DNA of 64,000 nt, taken from a virus (Duplodnaviria; Caudoviricetes). Below the pieces are notes generated by a model, which saw only the letters and a program-made list of their open reading frames with translations, ran no database searches and was not told the DNA's origin. Below, piece by piece: positions 28,678 to 37,951 of this stretch (positions are counted from its first letter, which is position 1; every line of letters starts with the position of its first letter). The DNA is taken from positions 1 through 64,000 of the IMG/VR virus record IMGVR_UViG_2767802041_000001; one strand, 5' to 3'. A program made the translations under genes and the position numbers.

Positions 28678-28946
28678 GACACGAGGAGGTGGTCGAGGTT
28701 GGCCCGGGACCCGGGCATCCGCAGGTCGTGCCGTATCGCCCACCCCTGCGCCACCAGCGGCGCCACCATGCGGGCCGTCTCGGCTTCCCCGGCGGCACCG
28801 TGCTCCCACCGGGCCGCCACAGCGTCCGCGCGCCGCACACGGCCCGTACGCACCCCCAGGGCGGCGAGGAGACGCTGCCACACCCCACGACGGGCGTTCG
28901 CGCGCAGGACGGCGGCCTGGACGGCCGCACTGTTCCGAGTGGTCAC
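28678..28946 (-). pseudogene. Truncated NERD nuclease-domain gene, in frame with thyX
   Basis: W..GAAGE..T...GW..RHDL....ANLDHLLV then abrupt loss of family pattern. Confidence 0.6.
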
Positions 28947-29584
28947 CGGCCCGCCTCCTCGTTGAACGCCTCAACGGTGCGCACCGCAGCCCGATACCGG
29001 CGGGCCTTCGCAACGGCAGCGTCGTCCCAGCCGTGGATCCGCTGCATCTCCGCCATCGTCCCGTGCTCGCACGTCTCGTCGTGGACGTCCTCTTCGCAGT
29101 CCCAGCCGAGCAATACCGCCCACAGCCACGCGTCGACCCGGTACTCACCCCAGTCTCGGGAGCTGGTGGCCAGGAGGCGTTGCAGGCCCTCGAACATCGG
29201 GGCCAGCGTCCGCAACGTCTCCTCGGCCTGGGATGCGCGGAACGTCTGCGGGGCCCACCGCTGCATCGCAGCCCAGAACTGCTGTGCCGCCCTGTCCGGC
29301 TCGTACCCCTCCCGGTACTCCAGGGTCCCCTCCGGGCGGATCGTGACCAGTGGGCCGACACCGTCGTGGACGCTGACTGTCGGCTGCGGCCACGGCGAAG
29401 GTGCTTCGTCCGCCGAGCCCCCGAGGAGGTAGTCGATGCCCTCGACGGTGGCCCAGATGTCGTGGTGCTCGGGGTACAGCTGGTGGGCTTCGGCGCGTTC
29501 GCGGAGGACGGTTTCGGTGAGCCCGGTCGACGTGATCAACCGGGCACGCTGCTCCCGCAACTCGGCGGGCGTCTTCTCGGTCAT
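28943..29584 (-). CDS. Hypothetical mosaic protein
   Basis: GGAG RBS; shares an internal domain with 29581..30054. Confidence 0.65.
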   Translation of the reverse strand: MTEKTPAELREQRARLITSTGLTETVLRERAEAHQLYPEHHDIWATVEGIDYLLGGSADEAPSPWPQPTVSVHDGVGPLVTIRPEGTLEYREGYEPDRAAQQFWAAMQRWAPQTFRASQAEETLRTLAPMFEGLQRLLATSSRDWGEYRVDAWLWAVLLGWDCEEDVHDETCEHGTMAEMQRIHGWDDAAVAKARRYRAAVRTVEAFNEEAGR

Positions 29585-30054
29585 GAGGTGGTCTCCGTGC
29601 TGTCGAGGGCGTTGAGGGTCGGGCAGGGGTGAGGGATGAACGCCACCCACTCCTCGCTCTTGGGGCCCGTACTGCGGCGTACCGAGCACTCACCGCACCA
29701 GACCTGCCCCATGTGCTGGACGGGCGCGTGAAGGACCGCGATGCGCTGCACCGCTGCCAGAGCCGCCTCACCCCGGGCCAACTCGGAATTGATGCTCTGA
29801 GTCAGCGGGCTCCCGAACTGCTTCTCCATGGGCGATGGAGCCCACCGCCGCACCGCGTCCCAGAACAGGCGGGCCGCCTCGTCCGGCTCGTACCCGGGCC
29901 CGTGCTCCAGGCGCCCGTCCGGGTGGATAGTGACGAGCGGGCCATCAGCTCCGGGGATGGTGATGCTTTCTGTGGATCTGACGTCCACGGCCGTGATCTG
30001 CATGACCTTGGTGCTATCGACGGTGACGAGGGACGGTTCAGGCTGCTCGATCAT
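29581..30054 (-). CDS. Hypothetical mosaic protein
   Basis: AAGGAG RBS; C-terminal C.EC...PCPT motif. Confidence 0.65.
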   Translation of the reverse strand: MIEQPEPSLVTVDSTKVMQITAVDVRSTESITIPGADGPLVTIHPDGRLEHGPGYEPDEAARLFWDAVRRWAPSPMEKQFGSPLTQSINSELARGEAALAAVQRIAVLHAPVQHMGQVWCGECSVRRSTGPKSEEWVAFIPHPCPTLNALDSTETTS

Positions 30055-30275
30055 GCTGCGGTCTCCTTGGGGTTGTAGGTGTCGGGTCCGGGGATGGTGG
30101 TGACACGCCGCCCCCGGTGCCAGGTCGGCCAGTAGTGGCGTGGCGGGGTGTCGTACAGGACGGGCAGGGTGTGGTTGCCCCGGCAGGATCGTGCGGGGCC
30201 GTGGGGCCAGAGGCCGGCCGCGGTGACGGTGATGAACCGGTGGCAGTACGCGCACTGGCCACGGCGGGCGGTCAC
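30051..30275 (-). CDS. Small Cys/His hypothetical protein
   Basis: 4-bp overlaps at both ends; CAYC...H...C. Confidence 0.5.
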   Translation of the reverse strand: MTARRGQCAYCHRFITVTAAGLWPHGPARSCRGNHTLPVLYDTPPRHYWPTWHRGRRVTTIPGPDTYNPKETAA

Positions 30276-31105
30276 GGGGTGTCGTCCAGGTCGTGGCCGC
30301 CGAGGACGAGGCGCATCCGCCCCTTCTTCACCACCGGGTCCTGGCCGGGCTTCGGCCAGTCGTCCGCACACAGCCCATGCGTCGGCGGCTCCCAGAACCG
30401 CCCTGCGTAGTGCCGGTAGACCTTCTCCCAGTCCGCCTTGAAGTAGCAGGGCAGCAGCCCACCCTTGTTCGGCAACGGGTCCGGGGCGGTCTCGTTCTGG
30501 GCGCGGAGCTGTTCGGTGACCCGCTCGGCATGGTCCTGGTGCCGCCGGCAGAACCAGTGCGCCGACTCCCAGCCCGTGACCGGGTCCTTCTCCAGCACGC
30601 GGTATCGGGAGTTGGCCCCGCATACCCCGTCCTCGGTGCGCCAGTCCCGGGGCGGCGTGTACGCGGCCATCGCCTCCGCCTTCAACGCGGCAAGGTCGGG
30701 CGGCAGCTCGTAGGGGCGGATCGGGGAAGGGGCGTGAGGATCGGGCTCGTACGGGACGGCGGGCTTGGGCTGGTAGGGGCGGAGACGCGGGGCCTGGCAT
30801 GCCACGGTGTGGGCGTGCACGTCCACGTCCCGGGGTGTCTCGTACCGGGGGGCGTCGGCGGCCATCAGCCCGTCGTAGCGGGGCCTGCCTGCCGCGGTGC
30901 GCCCCAGGACTCGGCGGGCCTCCCGGAGCGGGCTGACACCGTTCTCTCGGTCGTTGAGGTACACGGCGTACGCGATGGCGAGGAGCAGTTCGCGGGCCTC
31001 GGGGGTGGCGCGCTCGTCGTTGTAGATGGCGCGGACGATCTCTTCGTAAGTGCGGGGCTTCTTCTCCTGCCGGGGGACGGCGGTGAGGCTGCGGGGTGCT
31101 CCCAT
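30272..31105 (-). CDS. Hypothetical protein
   Basis: AGGAG RBS, 277 aa. Confidence 0.7.
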   Translation of the reverse strand: MGAPRSLTAVPRQEKKPRTYEEIVRAIYNDERATPEARELLLAIAYAVYLNDRENGVSPLREARRVLGRTAAGRPRYDGLMAADAPRYETPRDVDVHAHTVACQAPRLRPYQPKPAVPYEPDPHAPSPIRPYELPPDLAALKAEAMAAYTPPRDWRTEDGVCGANSRYRVLEKDPVTGWESAHWFCRRHQDHAERVTEQLRAQNETAPDPLPNKGGLLPCYFKADWEKVYRHYAGRFWEPPTHGLCADDWPKPGQDPVVKKGRMRLVLGGHDLDDTP

Positions 31106-31252
31106 GGCGTTCTCCTACGTGATGTGACGGTGGGTTACAGGGCGGCGAGCCCCGGGCGGGGCTTACCGGCGGGTAGGGGTCTCCGCCCCGGGAAAGTCGG
31201 ATACTTCGATCAAGGAAGCGAGGCGGGAACAGCTCACACCCCCCGCCCCCAA

Positions 31253-31636
31253 CTACGCTGCGTTGCGTTTCCGGGCCTCGCGGCGGTCCGCCCGGTACAC
31301 CCGCTCCCCCGCCCAGCACGCCTCGCACGGCTCCTCACCCCGGTACACGTGGGCGGCGAACCCCGCGTGGTCCCCGTGCCGGCGCGGCCGCCCGTCCAGC
31401 ACCCCTGCCTGGCAGGCCAGCAGCACGGCGTGCGCCATGTTCCGGGCCTTCAACGCGGTGAGGATGACTTGCTGGTGGTAGTGGACGGTGCTGACGGCGA
31501 GGTGCATGGTGTGGGCGGTCTCGGGGATGGTGAGCCCGTTGGCGGCGTGGTGAAGGACTTCGGTCTGTCGGGGGCTGAGAGAGACTGCGGGCCCGCCACC
31601 CGAAGGCGACGGGCCCACCCGGGAGAGGGCGGTCAC
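31253..31636 (-). CDS. LuxR-type HTH regulator with C-terminal Cys/His motif
   Basis: LSPRQTEVL...ANGLT..E.A...HLAVSTV..H; HG...H...GEEPCEAC. Confidence 0.75.
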   Translation of the reverse strand: MTALSRVGPSPSGGGPAVSLSPRQTEVLHHAANGLTIPETAHTMHLAVSTVHYHQQVILTALKARNMAHAVLLACQAGVLDGRPRRHGDHAGFAAHVYRGEEPCEACWAGERVYRADRREARKRNAA

Positions 31637-32184
31637 AAGGTCCGCCCGGCCAGGAACTCGTGCATCACCCGGTTGTGCCGGGCGTCCGCGAGCGCGTTGT
31701 GCAGGCCTGCGGGCTGGTTCGGCATCTCCGGGCCACCCGCCTGCCAGCGCAGCTGCTCCAGCTCGTTGAACCACTGCGGGATCTGCTCAGGCATCACGGA
31801 CCAGTCGTTGTCCCACAGGGAGTGGAGGCGGCACATGTCCTGCGCCCCGTACCAGGCCCACAGGTGCGTGGTCTCGGCGTCCGCGGCCGCGAAATAGTCG
31901 GCAACGTCCTGCGCGATCTGAGGGGCCGTCTTCACGCTGCGGTCGCCCTTGTCGAGGCGCGGCCACTTCCCGTGCAGCCGGATGTCCCCGTGGGGCTTCG
32001 GCAGGGACGGCCACACGTTCGCCATCATCCACTCGCTGCGGCCGAGGGCCTTGATGTCGAAGTCGCGGTGGACGGCGTAGTAGTCGACGCCCTGGTCGTC
32101 GGTGAGGCCGATGGATACCAGGCCCTTGAGGGTCGGGTCGGCGGGCAGAAACTCACAGTCGAGATACACGTTGCGGATGGTCAT
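31633..32184 (-). CDS. DEDDh 3'-5' exonuclease (Rv2179c-like)
   Basis: YLDCEF, LVSIGL, WAWYGAQD, HNALADAR. Confidence 0.8.
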   Translation of the reverse strand: MTIRNVYLDCEFLPADPTLKGLVSIGLTDDQGVDYYAVHRDFDIKALGRSEWMMANVWPSLPKPHGDIRLHGKWPRLDKGDRSVKTAPQIAQDVADYFAAADAETTHLWAWYGAQDMCRLHSLWDNDWSVMPEQIPQWFNELEQLRWQAGGPEMPNQPAGLHNALADARHNRVMHEFLAGRTL

Positions 32185-32187
32185 GGG

Positions 32188-32559
32188 TCAGTTCTCCTTC
32201 GGTGCGTTGGCCAGCTGGAGCAGGACGGCGGCGTGGCAGTGGTCGGGCTCGCCGGGCGCGGGGAGCGGGCACCAGCACATGAGGTTCTGGCCCGCGAGGG
32301 TGGGCGCGTCGGTGATCAGGCGGTCGCGGCGGTCGTCCATCTCCTGTCGCTGCTCGGTCGTGATGGTCGGCGCGTGCACCTCGTAGCTGTTGTTCTCCAG
32401 CCATTCGCGGTACAGGGCGGTGGCGTGCTCCCGATTGGTGGCATCCGAGCCGACGATGAACGGGTTGCCGTAGCGAGAGCCGCGTCCGACGTAGATGGCT
32501 CCGGCAGGGGCACGCCACCCCTTGGTGCGGCGGCGCTGGATACGGGCAGGCGTGGCCAT
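32188..32559 (-). CDS. DUF4326-family protein
   Basis: RIQRRRTKGWR...YVGRGS.YGNPF; LAG.NL.CWCP...CHA.VL. Confidence 0.8.
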   Translation of the reverse strand: MATPARIQRRRTKGWRAPAGAIYVGRGSRYGNPFIVGSDATNREHATALYREWLENNSYEVHAPTITTEQRQEMDDRRDRLITDAPTLAGQNLMCWCPLPAPGEPDHCHAAVLLQLANAPKEN

Positions 32560-32879
32560 CACTGCTCCTTCGGGGCGGCGGGCGGGAGCCCGTTGATGGT
32601 CAGTTCGCCATACGCGTCGACCTCGTTGGTCCAGTAGTCCGTGGTGGCGTGCCAGTGGAGGGTGACCGGGACAGGCTCCATGGAGTACGCGTCGTCGGTC
32701 CACTCAGCGGCCGGGAGTCCGCAGGCGGCGTGCCGGAGCATCACCGACCCGGCGTCGACCTCCATGAGGTACTGGTCGTCGGGCTGAGGGCACTGGCAGG
32801 TGGTGTACGCGTCGGCCAGGTCCTCTTCGTCACCGGTGGGCGGGTCGACGGGCTCAAAGTTGATCAGTGGCACGGTCAC
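32559..32879 (-). CDS. Hypothetical protein
   Basis: Coupled overlaps, AAGGAG RBS. Confidence 0.6.
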   Translation of the reverse strand: MTVPLINFEPVDPPTGDEEDLADAYTTCQCPQPDDQYLMEVDAGSVMLRHAACGLPAAEWTDDAYSMEPVPVTLHWHATTDYWTNEVDAYGELTINGLPPAAPKEQ

Positions 32880-33046
32880 TGCTCCTTGCGGTTGGCGCGG
32901 CGGGCGCGCATGCGGGCCTTGATCTGGTCCTGGGTGGGCTGCGTCCACTGGTGCCACCCAGCGGGCGGCTTCCACTGCCGCATGTGCTCGCGCTGGTCGA
33001 TGCCGCAGTGCTGGCAGCCGGACGGGTTCGGGGTGCGGGTGGTCAC
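32876..33046 (-). CDS. Small hypothetical protein
   Basis: PSGCQHCGI..REH motif; coupled overlaps. Confidence 0.55.
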   Translation of the reverse strand: MTTRTPNPSGCQHCGIDQREHMRQWKPPAGWHQWTQPTQDQIKARMRARRANRKEQ

Positions 33047-33567
33047 GGGGCGGTGTCCTTGGGTGTGCGGCGGAAGCGGTTGGCGGGTCGTCGTGGGAGC
33101 GGCGCGGACGGGGTGCTGGGCTCGGCCTGGTCGGGGTGGGCGGTGATGGTCAGGGTGCAGCCGAACCCCGGCAGGTCGTTCGTGGCGGGCGCACGGAACA
33201 CCACAGGCGGCCCTGGGCGGGGCGCAGAGGCCTCCGGGGTATTCGGGTGCCACACCTCCACCCACACCCCGTCCTCACGCCACACACACCCGGTGCGGTC
33301 CGGCACGCTGTAGTCCAGGGCGGGCAGCACATCCCCCGCCCCCGACCGCAGGGCGACCGTCGCCTCCTGCCGGGCCGCGAACACCGCCCACACCTCGGCG
33401 CAAAGCGGGGCGGACAGGCGGGCGGACATCATCGGCAGCCCGTCCGGGGTGGTCGACTGCACCCAGTCGGTCAGGTCGGCGTGGCGGCCGGCCCCGCTGT
33501 CGTACCAGTCGCGGGTCAAACGGGCCTTCGCCAACGCGGTGTCAGCAGTCGGAACGATCGTGGTCAT
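33043..33567 (-). CDS. Hypothetical protein
   Basis: GAAGGA RBS, coupled overlaps. Confidence 0.6.
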   Translation of the reverse strand: MTTIVPTADTALAKARLTRDWYDSGAGRHADLTDWVQSTTPDGLPMMSARLSAPLCAEVWAVFAARQEATVALRSGAGDVLPALDYSVPDRTGCVWREDGVWVEVWHPNTPEASAPRPGPPVVFRAPATNDLPGFGCTLTITAHPDQAEPSTPSAPLPRRPANRFRRTPKDTAP

Positions 33568-34064
33568 CGGGTGTCCTTCAGGTCGGGATTGAGGTCGAGG
33601 AGATGCTGCGCCGCCTCGTCGCCGAGGGACTGCTCCACGCACCACACGGCGTAGCCCACGGTGGGGCGGGCCTCCAGCTCGGCGACCCGGGTCTCGGCGG
33701 TCTCGGCGCGCTTCCGCCACCGGGCCTTACCGTCCTTGTGATGCTCGACCTGACGGCGAAGGTCGGGCAGGGTACTCCGCTCCAGGAAGCGCTCCTCCTC
33801 CTCTAGCTCGCGGACCCGATTCTCGGCGGCGTCACGGTGGCGGCGGAGGCCGTTCATGGCCCGGGCGTTCTCCGCCAGCTCGGCCGTCGCGTCGGACAGC
33901 TCCCCACGCAGCCGGTCGACCTCGGCGGCGAGGCTCACCGCGATCTGGTGCAGGGCCTTCTCTGTGCCGTCGTTGTACGTGGCGGTCGACCAGGTCGAGG
34001 TGCGCTCCCCGTACTGGCGGAGACGGGCCAGGGCGGCGTCCGGGGTCATCGAGGTGTCGGTCAT
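33564..34064 (-). CDS. Coiled-coil hypothetical protein
   Basis: GGAG RBS, heptad-rich. Confidence 0.65.
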   Translation of the reverse strand: MTDTSMTPDAALARLRQYGERTSTWSTATYNDGTEKALHQIAVSLAAEVDRLRGELSDATAELAENARAMNGLRRHRDAAENRVRELEEEERFLERSTLPDLRRQVEHHKDGKARWRKRAETAETRVAELEARPTVGYAVWCVEQSLGDEAAQHLLDLNPDLKDTR

Positions 34065-34085
34065 GTGGGTCTCCGTGGTGTGGGA

Positions 34086-34277
34086 TCACCCGGCAGCAGG
34101 GGCGGGGGCCCACTTGCCGGTGGGGGTCGGCCGCTGGACGAGGTACGCGTGGGCAAGAGTGCCGCCCATCTCCTGGTGCGCCCGGACCCGGGCTTCGGCA
34201 AGGTGGCGGTGGGGGGTGGGCGTCTCTCGCATCACCGTTCCGTCGGGCCAAGCGGCGGCGTACTCGGGCGTGGTCAT
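34086..34277 (-). CDS. Small hypothetical protein
   Basis: TAATG overlap, GGAAGGA RBS. Confidence 0.5.
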   Translation of the reverse strand: MTTPEYAAAWPDGTVMRETPTPHRHLAEARVRAHQEMGGTLAHAYLVQRPTPTGKWAPAPAAG

Positions 34278-34435
34278 TAGGTTCCTTCCGGGGTGAGGGC
34301 GGGGTCGTCCCATCCGAGGCCGCTGATGTCGAAGCCGTCGTCGTAGTCGATGGGCGGCAGGTCCCGGGCTTCGTAGGCGCGGATGCGGTCGGCGGCGGCC
34401 TGGGCGTCGAGCTGCTGCTGAATGGCGGCGGACAT
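34277..34435 (-). CDS. Small hypothetical protein
   Basis: GAGGAGG RBS. Confidence 0.55.
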   Translation of the reverse strand: MSAAIQQQLDAQAAADRIRAYEARDLPPIDYDDGFDISGLGWDDPALTPEGT

Positions 34436-34445
34436 GGGGGCCTCC

Positions 34446-34625
34446 TCAGTGGGTGACGATGCGGTAGTTGCGGTGGTCGTATCCGGCGAACGCCCACTGG
34501 CCGGCGTGCTCGATGGCGAGCGCCTGGAGGGCGGCCCGGGCTTTGGTTTCGGTGGTGGGGGTGGTGGTGATGCGGCCTTCGGGGACGACGTAGCCGTCGG
34601 GGTCGAGGAGGCGGAGTTCCGGCAC
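34446..34625 (-). CDS. Small hypothetical protein
   Basis: AAGGGGA RBS, just downstream of operator/promoter copy 3. Confidence 0.55.
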   Translation of the reverse strand: MPELRLLDPDGYVVPEGRITTTPTTETKARAALQALAIEHAGQWAFAGYDHRNYRIVTH

Positions 34626-34663
34626 GGTTGGTCCCCTTCGGGGGTGGTTGGTGCGGTGGTACC

Positions 34664-34696
34664 ACCATACCCAGTTTCGTATTGCATAGCAATACG
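34664..34696 (-). promoter_or_regulatory. Palindromic operator plus promoter, copy 3
   Basis: CGTATTGC-ATA-GCAATACG at 34678-34696; on the minus strand TTGCTA-17-TATGGT. Confidence 0.75.
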
Positions 34697-34780
34697 TTTC
34701 AGGGTGTCCGAGTGACCCCGGGCACGACAAAGGGCCCGACCCCCGAAGAGACCGGACCCTCGCCGTACGCTCAACACCCC

Positions 34781-35326
34781 CTAGAACGGGGCCTCGTCCG
34801 AGTAACCCCCACTCTGGGAACCACCCCACCCACCACCCGCCGGCGCACCACCCGATGTCCCCGGGGTGCCCGACGCCCACGGGTCCTCCGCCGACACCCG
34901 ACCCTGCTCCTGCCGCGCCCGCTGGAACTCCTCCCGCCCCTGGCCACCCGAGCTGTTCGAGCTGGCCTTCGTCACCACCGCCGTCGCGTTCTTCAGGCTG
35001 GGGCCCACGTCGTCCACATCCAGCTCGTACACCGTGCGCTTCACACCCTCACGGTCCTCGTACGACCGCTGCTTCAACCGGCCCTGCGCGATGACCCGCA
35101 TGCCCTTCTGCAACGTCTCCGCGGCGTTCTCCGCCGCCTGCCGCCACACCGAGCACGACAGGAACAGGCCGTCCTTCGCGTCCTCCCACGCGTTCGTCTC
35201 CCGGTTGAACGTCCGCGGCACGGACGCCACCCGGAACTTCGCCACCGCCGCACCGGACGGGGTGAACCGCAGCTCAGGGTCATCCACCAGGTTCCCCACC
35301 ACAGTGATCACCGTCTCGCCTGCCAT
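34781..35326 (-). CDS. ssb: Single-stranded DNA-binding protein
   Basis: [35 protein letters not shown]; C-terminal DEAPF. Confidence 0.96.
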   Translation of the reverse strand: MAGETVITVVGNLVDDPELRFTPSGAAVAKFRVASVPRTFNRETNAWEDAKDGLFLSCSVWRQAAENAAETLQKGMRVIAQGRLKQRSYEDREGVKRTVYELDVDDVGPSLKNATAVVTKASSNSSGGQGREEFQRARQEQGRVSAEDPWASGTPGTSGGAPAGGGWGGSQSGGYSDEAPF

Positions 35327-35387
35327 GCCGTACTCCTTCTCTGGGTAGAACGGGGCCCAGGCAGGCCCCGCCAAATGTGATTGACGC

Positions 35388-35942
35388 TCAGGACGCTTCA
35401 CGGATGTCGCCGACGGCCACCGGAGGCAGCCACCGCCCCTCCGCCCGGGCCCGCGTCTTCGCCCTGTCCCACGCCCGCTTCACCGACCCCCGGTCCATCC
35501 CGAGGCGCTCCGCAACGTCGTCGTACGTCATGCCCCGCCGGATACCGGTCTCGATCGCGAGGCGCCGCTCGTCCCGGTTCAGCTCCACGGCCGGACCCGG
35601 GCCCAGGGCGCGCAGTACCGCGGACGTGTCGATGCCGTACCCCTTCGGCTTCACCACCGGGGCCGCATCCCGCACCGTGCGGACCACCGACAGCGGCGGG
35701 GCTGCCGGCTGCCCGTGCTCGTCGAACGTGACCCATGAAAGGGCGTCCTTCAAGCCGCGGTCCGGGTCCGCCAACGCGGCCAGGAGGACCGTGACCGCTT
35801 CCAGTTCGTGCCGGGTCAGGCCACGCAGCCGGGTCTTGATGTCGTCCGCAGACCCCTCGTGCACGTCCACCACCAGACCGGCAGCTTCGGGCAGGAGCGC
35901 TTCGACCATGTCGCCACGCTGCTCTACGGTCAGGGCAGTCAT
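35388..35942 (-). CDS. HTH DNA-binding protein
   Basis: [22 protein letters not shown]. Confidence 0.7.
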   Translation of the reverse strand: MTALTVEQRGDMVEALLPEAAGLVVDVHEGSADDIKTRLRGLTRHELEAVTVLLAALADPDRGLKDALSWVTFDEHGQPAAPPLSVVRTVRDAAPVVKPKGYGIDTSAVLRALGPGPAVELNRDERRLAIETGIRRGMTYDDVAERLGMDRGSVKRAWDRAKTRARAEGRWLPPVAVGDIREAS

Positions 35943-36607
35943 GACGCCTCCCCCGCCCGCTCCGCAGCGCGCAGCACGTCCTTCACAGCCCGCCTACCCG
36001 ACTCCCCGGACACACCCAGGTACGCGGCAATGTCCGCATACCTGGCCCGCATCCCCCGAAGCCGCAGCATCACGTCCAGGTAGTCGCCGGCCAACCGGAC
36101 CCGCAGAGCCCGCGGGTCACCACGCCACACCACCCTCGGGGCGTCACCACCCGACCACCACACCGCGACCCGCACCGTAACCGCGTCCACGAGCAGCCCG
36201 TCACGGTGCAAGGCACGCACCATGCCGTCCAGCGACCCGCACGACGACCGCAACCGGGACAACCGGTACAGCCACCGCGGCGACACCAACATGCGGGCCA
36301 TCTCCCAGTTCGGGGAACCGCCCAGCAGCTCCTCCAACTCCAACGCCCGCCGCTGCGACGCATCCAACCCGCCGCCGATCCCCCACCGGTACACACCCTC
36401 GTCGTACGACCGGGTCGACTGAAGGCACTCGACGATCACGGGGCACTGGGCGCACGCCTCACGGGCCCGGTCCTGACCGGCCTTCGACGTGGTGTAGAAG
36501 TCCTCCGCGTCCACGTCCTCGGCACGGCACCGGGCGCGAAGTTTCCAGTCCGGCGGAGGCGCGGCGATTGTTGTGTCGCGGCGGGCTTCGAGGTTGAGGA
36601 TCGTCAT
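35939..36607 (-). CDS. WhiB-family regulator with C-terminal extension
   Basis: W...A.C...F...A...C..CPV..EC...WGIGGG. Confidence 0.8.
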   Translation of the reverse strand: MTILNLEARRDTTIAAPPPDWKLRARCRAEDVDAEDFYTTSKAGQDRAREACAQCPVIVECLQSTRSYDEGVYRWGIGGGLDASQRRALELEELLGGSPNWEMARMLVSPRWLYRLSRLRSSCGSLDGMVRALHRDGLLVDAVTVRVAVWWSGGDAPRVVWRGDPRALRVRLAGDYLDVMLRLRGMRARYADIAAYLGVSGESGRRAVKDVLRAAERAGEAS

Positions 36608-37209
36608 GACGGGTCTCCGAGGGGGTTGGGCCAGATGGCTTTGGTGAGGGCGTTGCGGTGGGTTTGGGGCATGGGGGTGATGGGGTGGCCGAGCCAGTCG
36701 GCTCCGGCGGCCATGAGGGTGACGGCGTCGGCTGCGTTGTCGTTGCCGTCGGTGCTCCAGGCGGGGAAGCGGCGGGAGACCTGGTCGATGACGGCTCCCT
36801 TGCCTGCGTTGCCTTTGCCGGTGGCGTAGAGGGCGCGTTGGTTGGGTGACAGAAGCCCAATGGGGATCTGGGTGTTGTGGAGCTGGTTGTAGAGCTGCCA
36901 CCAGAACCAGCCGCGTTCGTGGGCTCCTCCTCCGCTGCGGGAGACGGCGGGGAGTTCGATGACGACGAGGTCGGGTTGGCCGATGGCGGTGATGACTTGG
37001 TTGACGAGGTTGCGCATGGCGGTGAGGCGTTCGGTGTGGGGGAGCTGGGTGATGCCGGGGTCTTTGGTGCGGGCTTTGCGGTAGCCGATGACTTCGCACC
37101 AGCCGCGGGTGCTGGCGATGCCGGTGGCGGTGAGGGAGGGGTCGAGGCCGATGACGGTGTAGGGCGGTTGCGGGGGTCCTGTGGGGGCGTCGGGGAGGGT
37201 GAGGGTCAT
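36604..37209 (-). CDS. RuvC-like Holliday junction resolvase
   Basis: IGLDPSLTATGIA, VVIE, YATGKGNA.K, DNAADA. Confidence 0.8.
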   Translation of the reverse strand: MTLTLPDAPTGPPQPPYTVIGLDPSLTATGIASTRGWCEVIGYRKARTKDPGITQLPHTERLTAMRNLVNQVITAIGQPDLVVIELPAVSRSGGGAHERGWFWWQLYNQLHNTQIPIGLLSPNQRALYATGKGNAGKGAVIDQVSRRFPAWSTDGNDNAADAVTLMAAGADWLGHPITPMPQTHRNALTKAIWPNPLGDPS

Positions 37210-37427
37210 GTGGCGTACTCCTGGATGTGGGTGGGGCCGTGGGGTCCGGTGCGGAGGTACGTCGCGTGGCCGGGTGCGTGGCCTACGTGGACGCCGTGGC
37301 AGTACCGGCAGCGGTAGGTGTGGAAGCGGGGTCCGCCTTCGCCGCGTATCTGCCTGGCTCGGCGGCGGGCGGTGCGCCGGCTGGGGAAGCGGTGCTTGCC
37401 GAGGCAGGAGGCTTCGTACTCAGTCAT
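37206..37427 (-). CDS. Small basic Cys/His protein
   Basis: C.GK.RF...YRCRYC.G.HVGH. Confidence 0.6.
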   Translation of the reverse strand: MTEYEASCLGKHRFPSRRTARRRARQIRGEGGPRFHTYRCRYCHGVHVGHAPGHATYLRTGPHGPTHIQEYAT

Positions 37428-37767
37428 CGCGGGTTTGGGTGATGGCGATGGTGAGGGGCACGGCGCCGTCGGCGTGGGGTGGGCAGGTGGTCCAGGTGCC
37501 GGCGACAAGGTGGGCGTGCCAGTGGTGGGCGCGGTCGGCGTAGTAGCGGCCGGGGAGGATGGCGTCGGCTTCGAGGGTGAAGGCCTGGGGGTTGTGGTGG
37601 CCTACGCGGATGAGGTTGCCGTTCCAGATGCGCCATCCGGGGTGGTTGGGGTGGGGGCGGCCGAGCTGGTTGTCACCGTTCTCGGCGATGACGAGGGCGT
37701 TGACGTTCTGCTGGGCGAGGGCTGCGCCGAGGATCGCGATGTAGGTCTGGTCGGGCCTCTTAGCCAC
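37420..37767 (-). CDS. Hypothetical protein
   Basis: GGAGG RBS before GTG. Confidence 0.55.
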   Translation of the reverse strand: MAKRPDQTYIAILGAALAQQNVNALVIAENGDNQLGRPHPNHPGWRIWNGNLIRVGHHNPQAFTLEADAILPGRYYADRAHHWHAHLVAGTWTTCPPHADGAVPLTIAITQTRDD

Positions 37768-37951
37768 GGGGTGCCTCCCTGAAGGGGATGTCCACCTGGG
37801 TGATGTCGGGGTCCGCCATGGGGTCGCACCACCGGGTCGCGTGCTGGTCCTGGTGCCAGTCGTGCTGCCCGGGCCCGTTGGTGCAGCGGAAGAGGGTGTC
37901 CGTCTCCGGGTCGTACAGGCCTTCGGGGCACTGGGGGGTCTCGGCACTCAT
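37760..37951 (-). CDS. Small hypothetical protein
   Basis: GGAGG RBS; ATGA overlap. Confidence 0.5.
   Translation of the reverse strand: MSAETPQCPEGLYDPETDTLFRCTNGPGQHDWHQDQHATRWCDPMADPDITQVDIPFREAPRG

Noticed and set aside
32550-32890. GAGCAGTGA at two gene junctions (and AGCAGTGAGCACC near 58740) as extra array repeats
   Set aside because: Only 9-13 bp match, explained by ordinary RBS/stop/start overlap; the rest of the 29-mer is absent.
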